DNA of 64,000 bases from Pseudomonadota bacterium (lineage in GTDB: Bacteria; Chloroflexota; UBA5177; JAJPKF01). The notes beneath the pieces were generated by a model. The model did not search any database and was not told where the DNA came from. It saw nothing but the letters and a program-made list of their open reading frames with translations. The stretch lies in contig JAJPKF010000024.1 in the NCBI GenBank assembly GCA_021323865.1, positions 9,207-73,206 on the forward strand, in the 5' to 3' direction. A program made the position numbers and the translations under genes. How positions within the stretch are numbered: position 1 is the first letter of the stretch; each line of letters starts with the position of its first letter. Shown in pieces: positions 8,261 through 16,687 of this stretch.

Positions 8261-9956
8261 GAATGGATTCCTCCAAGTGAATATCTAGCGATTGGATTTC
8301 GACCGGCTGCTTCGCTTCTCTACCCGATTGCTCCTCCTTTCTGCTCGTGCTTTCTACTCGATGTTCGTTCCCCTGCGCAAATACGGCCGCCCGGCTGGGA
8401 AGGACCTCGACGCGGCCGTTGTTGATGGTGCCGGAATCGTCGGCGCGGACCCAGATGTCGTTCCTGGCGAGGACGTGCGCGGCGAACTCATACTTGCCCG
8501 GAGGCAAGGAGCCGAGCGTCACGCCGTAGACATTGTGACCGTCGCTGGAGCTGATGAGCCGCATGGGGCTGTTCTTGGGACTGGGCCATACGGAGCCGAA
8601 GAGGGCCACGCGATCCCAGTGCAGCAGGGCCTTCACGCCGTCGTACCCGGCGGCTTGGCCATCCTCCAGCTCCACCTCCACGGTCACGGAAACGGGATCG
8701 CCGCTGCCCACACGGAGGAAGCCTGGCTTGAGATTCCCCGCCCAGGCCACCCTGGCATCGCTGGGCTTGAGGATCATGCCCAGCTCGGCCAGCTCGGGCC
8801 ATACCGGCGTCTCTTCGAAGGCCGGCTGTGCCAGGCCGGCGTCGTCGACGTACATGGCGTGCTCGGCGACGCCGAAGAATTGCTCGAGCACCAGCGTCGC
8901 CGCTCCGATACAGGAGGCCCGCGGGCCCAGCTTTCCGGGCACCGGCTGTGGCTGCGGCATTCCGAACAGCGCCGGCCGCCGGGTCAGCGCTTCCTTCAGA
9001 TGGGCAAGGGTGGTCTCGCCGCACTCGAAGAGGCGGCCGCCCAGGACGATCATGTCCGGGCGCAGCTGGCGGCAGACGTTGTTGATGCCGACCGCCAGAT
9101 AAGCCATGGCCTCGTCGAGGGCATTCAGAGCAATGGGATCGCCACCGCGCACGGCCTCCATAACAACGTCGAAGCTCACCGACTCCCAATCGCCACCGGC
9201 GCGGTCGGCGATGCCGGTGGCGCCTCCCAGCTTGGAAGCGGCGACCGTGCGGCGCACGATGGAGCCCACGGAGGCCACGGCCTCCAGACAGCCATAGTTG
9301 CCGCACAGACATGGCGGCCCATCGACGTCGATGACCGTGTGGCCCACCTCGCCGGCCGCGCCGTCCACCCCCCGGTACAGGGCGCCGTCGATCACCATGC
9401 CCGAGCCGATGCCGTGATCGACGTAGAGATAGACGAGCGAGCCCGTGCCGTGCAGCCGGCTGCCCGCCCCATATCGAAACTCCGCCAGGGCAGCGAGATT
9501 GGAATCGTTCTCGAGTGTGACCGGCAAGCCCAGGCGCCGCTCGAGCGTCTCGGCCAGCGGAATCCGGCTCCAGCCGGGAAACCCGGGAATGCCGATGACC
9601 GTTCGCCCGCCCGTAACCGGGCCGGGACAGCCCACCCCGACGCCCAGGACCTTCGCCGTGTCGATGCGAGCCAGCCGGTTGACCTGATCGGCGGCCTCGA
9701 CCACCGTCGAGGAGACGGAATCCGGGTCCGCCCCGCCCTGCAGGGGCAGGCTGGTCTCCGACCGGATGTTGCCCACCAGGTCCGTCAGGACCGCCTCGAC
9801 CTGCGTGGGCCGGATGTTCACGCCAATGGCAAAGTGAGCGTCGGGCTCCAGCTCCACCAATGTCGGCGGACGACCGCCGGTCGAGGGGCCCAGACCGATT
9901 TCTCGAATGAGCCCTCGACGGGAGAGCGAGCTGAGCACGTTGAGCACCGAGGACAA
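8250..9956 (-). CDS. ROK-family (NagC/Mlc-like) regulator fused to a C-terminal glycogen/starch-binding (AMPK-beta/CBM48-like) domain; N-terminal wHTH extends upstream of the called TTG start
   Basis: The ROK core carries the zinc motif GHTVIDVDGPPCLCGNYGCLE. The C-terminal ~100 aa (VSVTVEVELEDG...LPPGKYEFAAHVLARNDIWVRADDSGTINNGRVEVL) matches the carbohydrate-binding module (CBM) pattern of AMPK-beta/CBM48. The in-frame sequence upstream of 9956 (to the stop at ~10158) encodes SARLARYNRAVVLDLIRRFGPVSKSELADRSGLALSSVLNVLSS, which is the ROK winged helix. The real start is therefore upstream, but no ATG/GTG/TTG is present there. Confidence 0.8.
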   Translation of the reverse strand: MSSVLNVLSSLSRRGLIREIGLGPSTGGRPPTLVELEPDAHFAIGVNIRPTQVEAVLTDLVGNIRSETSLPLQGGADPDSVSSTVVEAADQVNRLARIDTAKVLGVGVGCPGPVTGGRTVIGIPGFPGWSRIPLAETLERRLGLPVTLENDSNLAALAEFRYGAGSRLHGTGSLVYLYVDHGIGSGMVIDGALYRGVDGAAGEVGHTVIDVDGPPCLCGNYGCLEAVASVGSIVRRTVAASKLGGATGIADRAGGDWESVSFDVVMEAVRGGDPIALNALDEAMAYLAVGINNVCRQLRPDMIVLGGRLFECGETTLAHLKEALTRRPALFGMPQPQPVPGKLGPRASCIGAATLVLEQFFGVAEHAMYVDDAGLAQPAFEETPVWPELAELGMILKPSDARVAWAGNLKPGFLRVGSGDPVSVTVEVELEDGQAAGYDGVKALLHWDRVALFGSVWPSPKNSPMRLISSSDGHNVYGVTLGSLPPGKYEFAAHVLARNDIWVRADDSGTINNGRVEVLPSRAAVFAQGNEHRVESTSRKEEQSGREAKQPVEIQSLDIHLEESIHAA

Positions 9957-10176
9957 CGCGAGCCCGCTGCGATCCGCCAGCTCCGACTTGGAGACCGGTC
10001 CAAATCGGCGGATAAGATCGAGAACGACGGCCCGGTTGTAGCGAGCAAGGCGCGCCGATTGCTGCTGAGGTATCTCCCTGCTCCCCAGTGAACTTTCTTC
10101 AACTGATGGTAGAAGTTCACCATCAGGATAGGGCCAAACGCGCGAGAAGTCAACCCCTCACCCAGATGAATATTCA

Positions 10177-10635
10177 ATGAATGAAGGAAGTACGAACTTC
10201 CGTTCCACCGAGGAGCGGCGATACGCGACCCTCAGCCGCGTGGAGCCGGATGTTGTGGAGCTGGCGGTGGAAAGCGGTATTCAGCGTACCTGGACCCGGC
10301 GGGCGCCCGAGGAATCGCTCGATCAGCTCTTTCAACGCTGTCTGACGTGGTTGAGCCACGAGGGCTGGCGGCCGATCAGCCATCACAATGCGGGCGCCGC
10401 CGGCGTGGTGCTGGCGCGCGTTCCCTACCCCGCCGGCGCCCGGCTCTCGACCTTCGGCGTCCTCCGGTTCGTCGACGCCGATTGCCTGGTGCTTTCGGTC
10501 AGCGGCTCAACCATGCGTCGTTGGGACGGTGACACCCGTGAACGGCTGCTGGATCGTGCCATTCAAGAGCTGCACCGAGAGGGTTGGATGGTGCACCGAC
10601 GATACAGCCGTGGCGCCACCGTCGTCAGGGCCTGA
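10177..10635 (+). CDS. hypothetical protein
   Basis: 152-aa ORF with high GC3 that starts in an AT-rich intergenic region. No recognisable domain. It is terminated by a strong hairpin at 10651-10688. Confidence 0.4.
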   Translation: MNEGSTNFRSTEERRYATLSRVEPDVVELAVESGIQRTWTRRAPEESLDQLFQRCLTWLSHEGWRPISHHNAGAAGVVLARVPYPAGARLSTFGVLRFVDADCLVLSVSGSTMRRWDGDTRERLLDRAIQELHREGWMVHRRYSRGATVVRA

Positions 10636-10650
10636 TTCTGACGAATGGCA

Positions 10651-10688
10651 ACAAAAAGGGCGAGCCGGAGTGGCTCGCCCTTCTCTGT
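10651..10688. terminator. bidirectional intrinsic terminator (11-bp perfect stem aagggcgagcc/ggctcgccctt, loop ggagt) flanked by A-run (plus strand) and T-rich tract
   Basis: The hairpin is A-tract (caacaaaaa) + AAGGGCGAGCC-ggagt-GGCTCGCCCTT + ctctgtg. On the minus strand it is followed by UUUUUGUUG, so it terminates the sigma-factor gene. It also ends the plus-strand ORF 10177-10635. Confidence 0.7.
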
Positions 10689-10696
10689 GCGTTGGA

Positions 10697-11779
10697 TCAG
10701 TCGACGTAGTCGCGGATCTTCCGCGTGACGGTCGGATGGCGCAGCTTGCGCAGCGCCTCGATCTCGATCTGCCGGATGCGCTCCCGAGTGAGGCCGAAGT
10801 GACCACCCACCTCTTCCAGCGTCTGCGGGCGGCGCCCGGAGAGCCCATATCGAAGGCGGATGATGCCGGCTTCCCGGTCGCTCAGCTTGCCGAGTGCATC
10901 GTCGATGGAGTCGCGCAGGAGGCTCTTGTTGGCCAGCTCTTCCAGGTCGTGTGAGCCGTCCTCGATGAAGTCGCCCAGGAGGCTATCTTCATCGTCTCCG
11001 ACCGGCTTCTCGAGGGAGATCGGGAAGCGAACGGCGCTCTTGATCTCCTCGACCTTCTCGGGACTGACCTCCATCACCGTGGAGATCTCCGCCACCGTCG
11101 GCTCGCGGCCCAGCTCCTGGGAAAGCTGCATGACGGCACGGTTGTACCGGCTGATGCGCTCGTTCATGTGCACCGGGACTCGGATGGTCCGAGACTGGTC
11201 GGCGATGCAGCGGGTCACCGCCTGGCGAATCCACCAGGTGGCATAGGTGGAGAACTTGAAGCCTCGGCGCCAGTCGAACTTCTCGAACGCGCGCATGAGC
11301 CCGGTGTTGCCCTCTTGGATCAGATCCAGCAGGGACATGCCGTGGCCGAGATACTTCTTGGCCACGGAGACCACCAGGCGCAGGTTCGCCTCGATCATCT
11401 GGCGGCGAGACTCCTCACCCTTGCGTTCGTAGTCGCGCAGCACGGCCGGTTCCCAGGTCAGGACTCGTTGGGTTTCGGTCTCGCTCAGGCCATAGTCGTC
11501 GTTCTCGTCCAGCAGCCGGCGCTTGGCCTCTTCCTGGCCGGCCTCGTTCTCTCGGGCAAGCTCGATGAGCCGTTGCAGCTCAATGGACTTTGCCAGCCGG
11601 ACCTCGTCGGCCTTCTTGAGGAGCGGCACGCGACCGATCTCCCGTAGATATAGACGGACGGCGTCGTCGGCTTGTTCGCGCTCCAGCTCGGCATGGTCTT
11701 CGTCGGTGACCTGCCACTCATGAGACTCCTCCTCCAGGAGCGCCTCGTCGGGCACGACATCGTCTACAGGCGCGTACAT
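10697..11779 (-). CDS. RNA polymerase sigma-70 factor, RpoD/SigA (primary-like) family
   Basis: Region 1.2/2 (DLIQEGNTGLMRAFEKFDWRRGFKFSTYATWWIRQAV), region 3 and region 4.2 (LEEVGGHFGLTRERIRQIEIEALRKLRHP) are all present. An acidic N-terminus precedes them. A ~450-bp AT-richer promoter region lies upstream. Confidence 0.9.
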   Translation of the reverse strand: MYAPVDDVVPDEALLEEESHEWQVTDEDHAELEREQADDAVRLYLREIGRVPLLKKADEVRLAKSIELQRLIELARENEAGQEEAKRRLLDENDDYGLSETETQRVLTWEPAVLRDYERKGEESRRQMIEANLRLVVSVAKKYLGHGMSLLDLIQEGNTGLMRAFEKFDWRRGFKFSTYATWWIRQAVTRCIADQSRTIRVPVHMNERISRYNRAVMQLSQELGREPTVAEISTVMEVSPEKVEEIKSAVRFPISLEKPVGDDEDSLLGDFIEDGSHDLEELANKSLLRDSIDDALGKLSDREAGIIRLRYGLSGRRPQTLEEVGGHFGLTRERIRQIEIEALRKLRHPTVTRKIRDYVD

Positions 11780-12243
11780 GTTTCACCCCTCTCCTGTAAC
11801 GTTCGAAAGGCCACAGAGGGGCTGCCCTCTATGGCCTGCGGATACGGCACAAGAACACGAAATGTGATCTGAATTGTTCCCTACACCGATATCTTAACAC
11901 AACATAACGTTGTTGGCAAGGGGAAACAATTATACACATGCGAGCTGCCGGCAACGGATTTGTTTGCCGGGGGGCCAACGGCACGAATGCCGACTCGCTG
12001 CCTGGACATCGTTTCCCTCGCGGACGGCGAGCCTCTGATAAGGCTTTATGGGCCAGCCTCAAACACTGTGTCATGGAACCATTGGATGCACGTGTGACGC
12101 CTGCAAAATGTGGGCCTGCGAACATCGGGGCCGCCTGAGACCGGTGTACATTGTGATGCGCATCACACTGAAGGAGGCGAGCGGCGCACCCACCATCCGC
12201 CGTCTCGGAGACGGCCGACCGCCTCCAGACCAACCTCGAGCTG

Positions 12244-13143
12244 GTGATACTCGGGAAGAGCGAGATCATCCGCCACCTCCTGGTCGCTTTGTTCTGCGGC
12301 GGTCACGTGCTCTTCGAGGACGTTCCGGGAACCGGCAAGACCACCCTCGCCCGAGCCCTTGCCCGCTCCATCGACTGTGACTTCAAGCGGGTGCAGTTCG
12401 CGCCCGACCTGCTCCCCTCAGATGTCACGGGCACCAACTTCTTCAACATGAAGTCGAGTGAGTTCGAGTTCCGACCCGGTCCGGTCCTGACCAATGTGCT
12501 GCTGGCCGATGAGATCAACCGGGCCACGCCCCGTACGCAGGCAAGCCTCCTGGAGGCCATGGAGGAGCGGCAGGTGACGGTCGACGGCGTGAGCCGGCCG
12601 CTTCCGCGACCATTCATGGTGCTGGCGACGGAGAACCCCATCGAGCTGGAGGGAACGTTTCCACTCCCCGAAGCGCAGGTGGATCGTTTCTTCATGCAGC
12701 TGTCCCTCGGCTATCCCGACCTCGCCTCGGAGAGCGAGATGCTGCTGTCGCAGGAGCGGGTGCACCCACTGGACTCTCTGCAGCCGGTCATCACGGGAAC
12801 TGAGGTGGCCGATCTCGAGCAGTCGGTTCGCGCGGTCACGGTTCACGACGACATTCGCGACTACATCCTGCAGCTCGTGCGGAGCACGCGTGAGCGCACG
12901 GAGCTGTCACTGGGCGCCAGCCCCCGCGGCTCGCTGGCGCTCTACCGAGCCACCCAGGCCCTGGCCGCCATGTCTGGTCGCGACTATGTCCTTCCCGACG
13001 ACGTCAAAGCCATGGCCGTGGAGGTGCTGGCCCACCGTCTGATGCCCTCCGCGGAGGGACGGCTGAAGCGTATCGAGCCGGCTGCCGTCCTGCACCAGAT
13101 CCTGTCCGATGTCGAGGCGCCGGTCGAGCCGCTCGCCTCCTAA
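12244..13143 (+). CDS. MoxR-family AAA+ ATPase (5' end apparently frameshifted)
   Basis: Walker A is GGHVLFEDVPGTGKTT and Walker B is LLADEINRA, in a MoxR-type arrangement. The conserved N-terminal helix (...TADRLQTNLELVILGK) is encoded in-frame upstream of GTG 12244 without a start codon. ATG 12156 in the +2 frame could supply the N-terminus if a 1-nt indel exists near 12205-12212. Confidence 0.85.
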   Translation: MILGKSEIIRHLLVALFCGGHVLFEDVPGTGKTTLARALARSIDCDFKRVQFAPDLLPSDVTGTNFFNMKSSEFEFRPGPVLTNVLLADEINRATPRTQASLLEAMEERQVTVDGVSRPLPRPFMVLATENPIELEGTFPLPEAQVDRFFMQLSLGYPDLASESEMLLSQERVHPLDSLQPVITGTEVADLEQSVRAVTVHDDIRDYILQLVRSTRERTELSLGASPRGSLALYRATQALAAMSGRDYVLPDDVKAMAVEVLAHRLMPSAEGRLKRIEPAAVLHQILSDVEAPVEPLAS

Positions 13144-13149
13144 GCCGCG

Positions 13150-14457
13150 ATGGCCACCGTCCTGCTCGACCTCGGCGCCGGCTTCCTGCTCATCCTGGCG
13201 CCCCTGCTGCTGTTCCTCTGGTACTGGAACAACCGAGAGCTGACCACCCGCGAGTGGGCGTTACTGTGCTTCGTAATCCTTGCCGGTGGCGTCCTGGCGC
13301 GCATCGCCGTGGTGGCCCTCTTGGCGGCCCTGATCCTCGTTGGGATCGGCGTCGCGTGGCTGTGGAACCGCGTGATCCTTACCGACGTGGACTACTCGCG
13401 GTCGTTTGCCCAGACCCACCTCTTTCCCGGCGAGTCGACCACCGTCACCTGGACCTTCCGGAACGACAAGCCGCTGCCGGTCAGCTGGCTGCGCTGGCAG
13501 GAGGGCGTGCCGATTCACCCCTTCGGGGCCCTTCGACATGGGGAGGGCCTGCAGATCGAGGATATCGACATCCGCATCATCCTTGACGGCGGCGCCGACG
13601 GCATCGACGAGGTCACGTCGATCGGCGGCTTTCAGACGCTGATCAAGACCGCTCGAATCTCGGCGCTTCGGCGCGGGTATTACCGCTTCGGGCCCACGCA
13701 GTGGGACGCCAGCGACGTCCTCGGGCTCTACCGAACGACCAAACGGTTTGAGGCCGACTCCGCGCTGACCGTCTATCCGCGATTGTTCTCGCCGGAACAG
13801 CTTCAGCTACCGACCGAGGCCATTCTGGGCGATCTCCGGCGACGCAGCTTTGTGGAGGACCCGAGCTGGTATCGCGGCGCCCGCGACTACCGCTCGAGTG
13901 ATCCCATGAAGACCATCGACTGGCTGGCGACGGCCCGCACGCGCCGTATGCAGGTCAAGGTCTTCGAGCCGACCGTACATCCCAAGCTTATGATCCTGGC
14001 AAACCTACACGCCTTCGAGCGGATCTCTCGAGGCGTGATCACCGAGTACATGGAGGATGTGATCAGCGCCGCCGGATCCATCGCCCGCTGGGGTCTGGAG
14101 ACCGGTTTCGAGGTGGGACTCCACTCCAACGGGGCCCTGCCGGGCAGCCACATGCCGCTGCGCATCCCGCCCTCGGCCCGTCCCGAGCAGCTGTTTCTCA
14201 TCCTCGACTACCTGGCCAGGATCATGTTGATCGTCGACCGAAACGTCGAGGATCTCATTCGTCGGGACGTGCAGGACCTCCCGCACGGCAGCAGCCTGGT
14301 GATCTGCACCAACGTCATTACCCAGGGGATGACCTCGGTGCTGACGGACATCGGCCGCCATCGCAGGGTCACCGTGCTCCTCATCGACAATGATACGCGG
14401 TTCAGCATTCCCAATGTGACCGTCACCCAGCTTCAGACGGGACGCAGGGCGGCCTGA
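13150..14457 (+). CDS. DUF58 domain protein (MoxR-associated, vWA-like)
   Basis: Two N-terminal TM helices and the DUF58 signature YRGARDYRSSDPMKTIDWLATARTRRMQVKVFEPT. It lies immediately downstream of moxR. Confidence 0.85.
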   Translation: MATVLLDLGAGFLLILAPLLLFLWYWNNRELTTREWALLCFVILAGGVLARIAVVALLAALILVGIGVAWLWNRVILTDVDYSRSFAQTHLFPGESTTVTWTFRNDKPLPVSWLRWQEGVPIHPFGALRHGEGLQIEDIDIRIILDGGADGIDEVTSIGGFQTLIKTARISALRRGYYRFGPTQWDASDVLGLYRTTKRFEADSALTVYPRLFSPEQLQLPTEAILGDLRRRSFVEDPSWYRGARDYRSSDPMKTIDWLATARTRRMQVKVFEPTVHPKLMILANLHAFERISRGVITEYMEDVISAAGSIARWGLETGFEVGLHSNGALPGSHMPLRIPPSARPEQLFLILDYLARIMLIVDRNVEDLIRRDVQDLPHGSSLVICTNVITQGMTSVLTDIGRHRRVTVLLIDNDTRFSIPNVTVTQLQTGRRAA

Positions 14458-15836
14458 TGACCATAGTCACCTCCTTCGTCCGGTTCCTGTTGCGCACCGC
14501 CTGGCTCCTGCCGGTGGCATGGATGTACGGAGGCAACCTGGCCGGCTCGATGGGAGTCGTTCTCCCCGTGATGGTGCTGATCGCGTTTGGGACCGCGCTG
14601 ATCTTCCTCTGGCCACTGCTGTCCACGCTCGTCAGACGACTGGGACTGAGCCGTTTCTCAACGGCGTTTGTCATCGGGCTCGGCGTCCTGGGAGGCACCA
14701 TCGTCGCGGTAGGGAACATCTCGTTCGGCGTTCACACGAATGCAGGCACGTATGCCTTGGAATGGCTGCTGCTCCTGGTCATCGGCAGCGTCGCGTTCTC
14801 CTCCGTGGTCGGCGAGCAGACCTATCCGGGTATCAGTCGCGACTTCATCCTCGGCACCCTCGGGTTGCTCCTGGTGGTGGCCTTCTCCTACACGCTGGGG
14901 AGCCGGAGTCAGATGCACTTCGGCGCCCTCGTCTACGCCGGGTTCATCGGCTATGTGCTCCTTGGTGTGGCGGGTTTGGGTTTTGCCCGGCGGTACGCTC
15001 CAGACGAGTTCGCCACGGACATGCGCAGCGGCAGCCTCGAGCCGGACTGGCTGCTCACGGTCGTCCTCCTGATCGGCGGCCTCGGCATTGCCAGCCTGGT
15101 CTTCGCCCAGCTCTTTGCCTTCGACATCATGGGCGCCATTGGCCATCTCACCCAGCCGCTGCAGGACCTGGCCATCCAGGGCCTCAAGGTCGTTGCGACG
15201 TCAATCGCGGCATTCCTCGTCTGGCTCATCCACATCCTGGGCATCAAGCCGCGGCACCACGCCGTCCATCCCACGGTCCGACGTGCGCCGCAGCGAAACC
15301 CGATTCCCAGCCGGCATCTCCATTCCAACCGGGTGCCCTCGTGGATCCTGCTGACGCTCGAGGCGCTGCTGCTGGCCGCCGTGGCCATTGCCGCTCTTTC
15401 TGTCCTCACCCTCATCTTCCGCTCGCTCCTGGGCCTGCGCCTTTCCACGCTCAAAGGCGAGAGGCGCGTGTCGGAGTGGTCATGGCGGAAGATGACGGGG
15501 TGGCTGTTCCGGCAGGGCCAAACACAGCTGCGGAGTCTGCTTCCCGAGCACGGTCTCCGGCTTCCCCGGCGCCGCAGGCTGGATACGGTACGCGACGTAT
15601 ATCGGGCGTTTCTGCACCTTGGTGGGGAGCGCGGCCGCGCGCGTGTGGCAGCGGAAACAGGGCTCGAATACAGCCTCGACGTCGAGGCTCGCTGGCCCGC
15701 CAGCGAGGAGGGGCTTGACCGCTTGAATGCGATCTACATGGCAGAGCGGTATGGATTGAGGGAGCCCGACGCGGAACGAGTGGCCGCCGCGAGGGCGGAG
15801 CTGGAGCGCTTCGACGAGATCTCCCGGGAGCCCTAG
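14457..15836 (+). CDS. polytopic membrane protein with C-terminal DUF4129-like domain (third gene of MoxR module)
   Basis: About 8 TM helices, then a cytoplasmic C-terminus (TVRDVYRAFLHLGGERG...LDRLNAIYMAERYGLREPDAERVAAARAELERF) resembling DUF4129. Its start overlaps the DUF58 stop (TGATG). Confidence 0.6.
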   Translation: MTIVTSFVRFLLRTAWLLPVAWMYGGNLAGSMGVVLPVMVLIAFGTALIFLWPLLSTLVRRLGLSRFSTAFVIGLGVLGGTIVAVGNISFGVHTNAGTYALEWLLLLVIGSVAFSSVVGEQTYPGISRDFILGTLGLLLVVAFSYTLGSRSQMHFGALVYAGFIGYVLLGVAGLGFARRYAPDEFATDMRSGSLEPDWLLTVVLLIGGLGIASLVFAQLFAFDIMGAIGHLTQPLQDLAIQGLKVVATSIAAFLVWLIHILGIKPRHHAVHPTVRRAPQRNPIPSRHLHSNRVPSWILLTLEALLLAAVAIAALSVLTLIFRSLLGLRLSTLKGERRVSEWSWRKMTGWLFRQGQTQLRSLLPEHGLRLPRRRRLDTVRDVYRAFLHLGGERGRARVAAETGLEYSLDVEARWPASEEGLDRLNAIYMAERYGLREPDAERVAAARAELERFDEISREP

Positions 15837-16687
15837 ACCTCTCTCCGGGAGAAGCTGAAGACCGCCAGGCCGAGCACGGCCAGAATCCAGAAGACAACCC
15901 ACACCGCGTAGGCGGCCGTGGGCGGCGCCGTGACCGTGAAGGGGTTGGCCGATGCTTCACGTGAGGCGCTGGTGACGGCAATCATAGAGACCGGCTCCAG
16001 ATTGAAGATGGCCCCACGCCACATGCCGTCGGTGGGCAGCACCAAGCTGGTGGCCGTGCCCACATCGGCCAGAACCGTGTTCCCAAAGGCGGCGCCGATC
16101 TGTCCCGCCACGCCCACGATCCAGGTGACGCCGAAGAGGATCACGGCGATGATCCCGCAGGTGATGGGAGCCAGCCGGGTGCTTCCCAGCACGGCCAGGG
16201 TCAGGAGACAGAGCCCCTCCCCCGTGATGAAGACCGTGGTCAGAACCGGGTGCGGCGGAAGGTAGCCGACACCGACCCAGACCGCCAGGAAGGCGAGACC
16301 GCAGGTCATGACCGTGTAGGCGGTGACCAGCACGGCGAGGCCCAACCACTTGCCGATCAGCACCTCGGCGCGTCGAATGGGTCGCGGAAGGATGCTGAGG
16401 ATCACGTGAGACTCGATGTCGGCGGCGATCGCCGGCGCTCCTATGAATGGAGCCGCCACGGCGATGACGAAGCTGAACATGTAGGCAACCAGGATCAGCA
16501 GCACGGCTTCAACCGTCCGCAGCGTCCCCGGGCCGCAGGCTCCGTTACAGGGCAGCGTCGGTATGCGCGAGAACCCCCAGCCCAGGAGCGGCATGATGAT
16601 CAGCGTGATCAGCCCGACGGCGATCAGCAGTTTGCGGCGGGACGCCTCCCGAAGGGTCAGCTCAGCTATGGTCAGGATGGCCATCAT
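15833..16687 (-). CDS. ABC-2 family transporter permease
   Basis: Six TM segments of an ABC-2 type permease. It is coupled to the upstream ATPase gene (26-nt overlap). Confidence 0.75.
   Translation of the reverse strand: MMAILTIAELTLREASRRKLLIAVGLITLIIMPLLGWGFSRIPTLPCNGACGPGTLRTVEAVLLILVAYMFSFVIAVAAPFIGAPAIAADIESHVILSILPRPIRRAEVLIGKWLGLAVLVTAYTVMTCGLAFLAVWVGVGYLPPHPVLTTVFITGEGLCLLTLAVLGSTRLAPITCGIIAVILFGVTWIVGVAGQIGAAFGNTVLADVGTATSLVLPTDGMWRGAIFNLEPVSMIAVTSASREASANPFTVTAPPTAAYAVWVVFWILAVLGLAVFSFSRREV

Noticed and set aside
7148-8425. 425-aa plus-strand ORF
   Set aside because: It is an antisense shadow of the sugar-binding-protein gene. The composition is low-complexity (GAGLV repeats).
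8292-10091. 599-aa plus-strand ORF
   Set aside because: It is an antisense shadow of the ROK regulator gene in GC-rich DNA. The translation is Arg/Ala/Gly-rich with no domain features, while the opposite strand has clear ROK and CBM homology.
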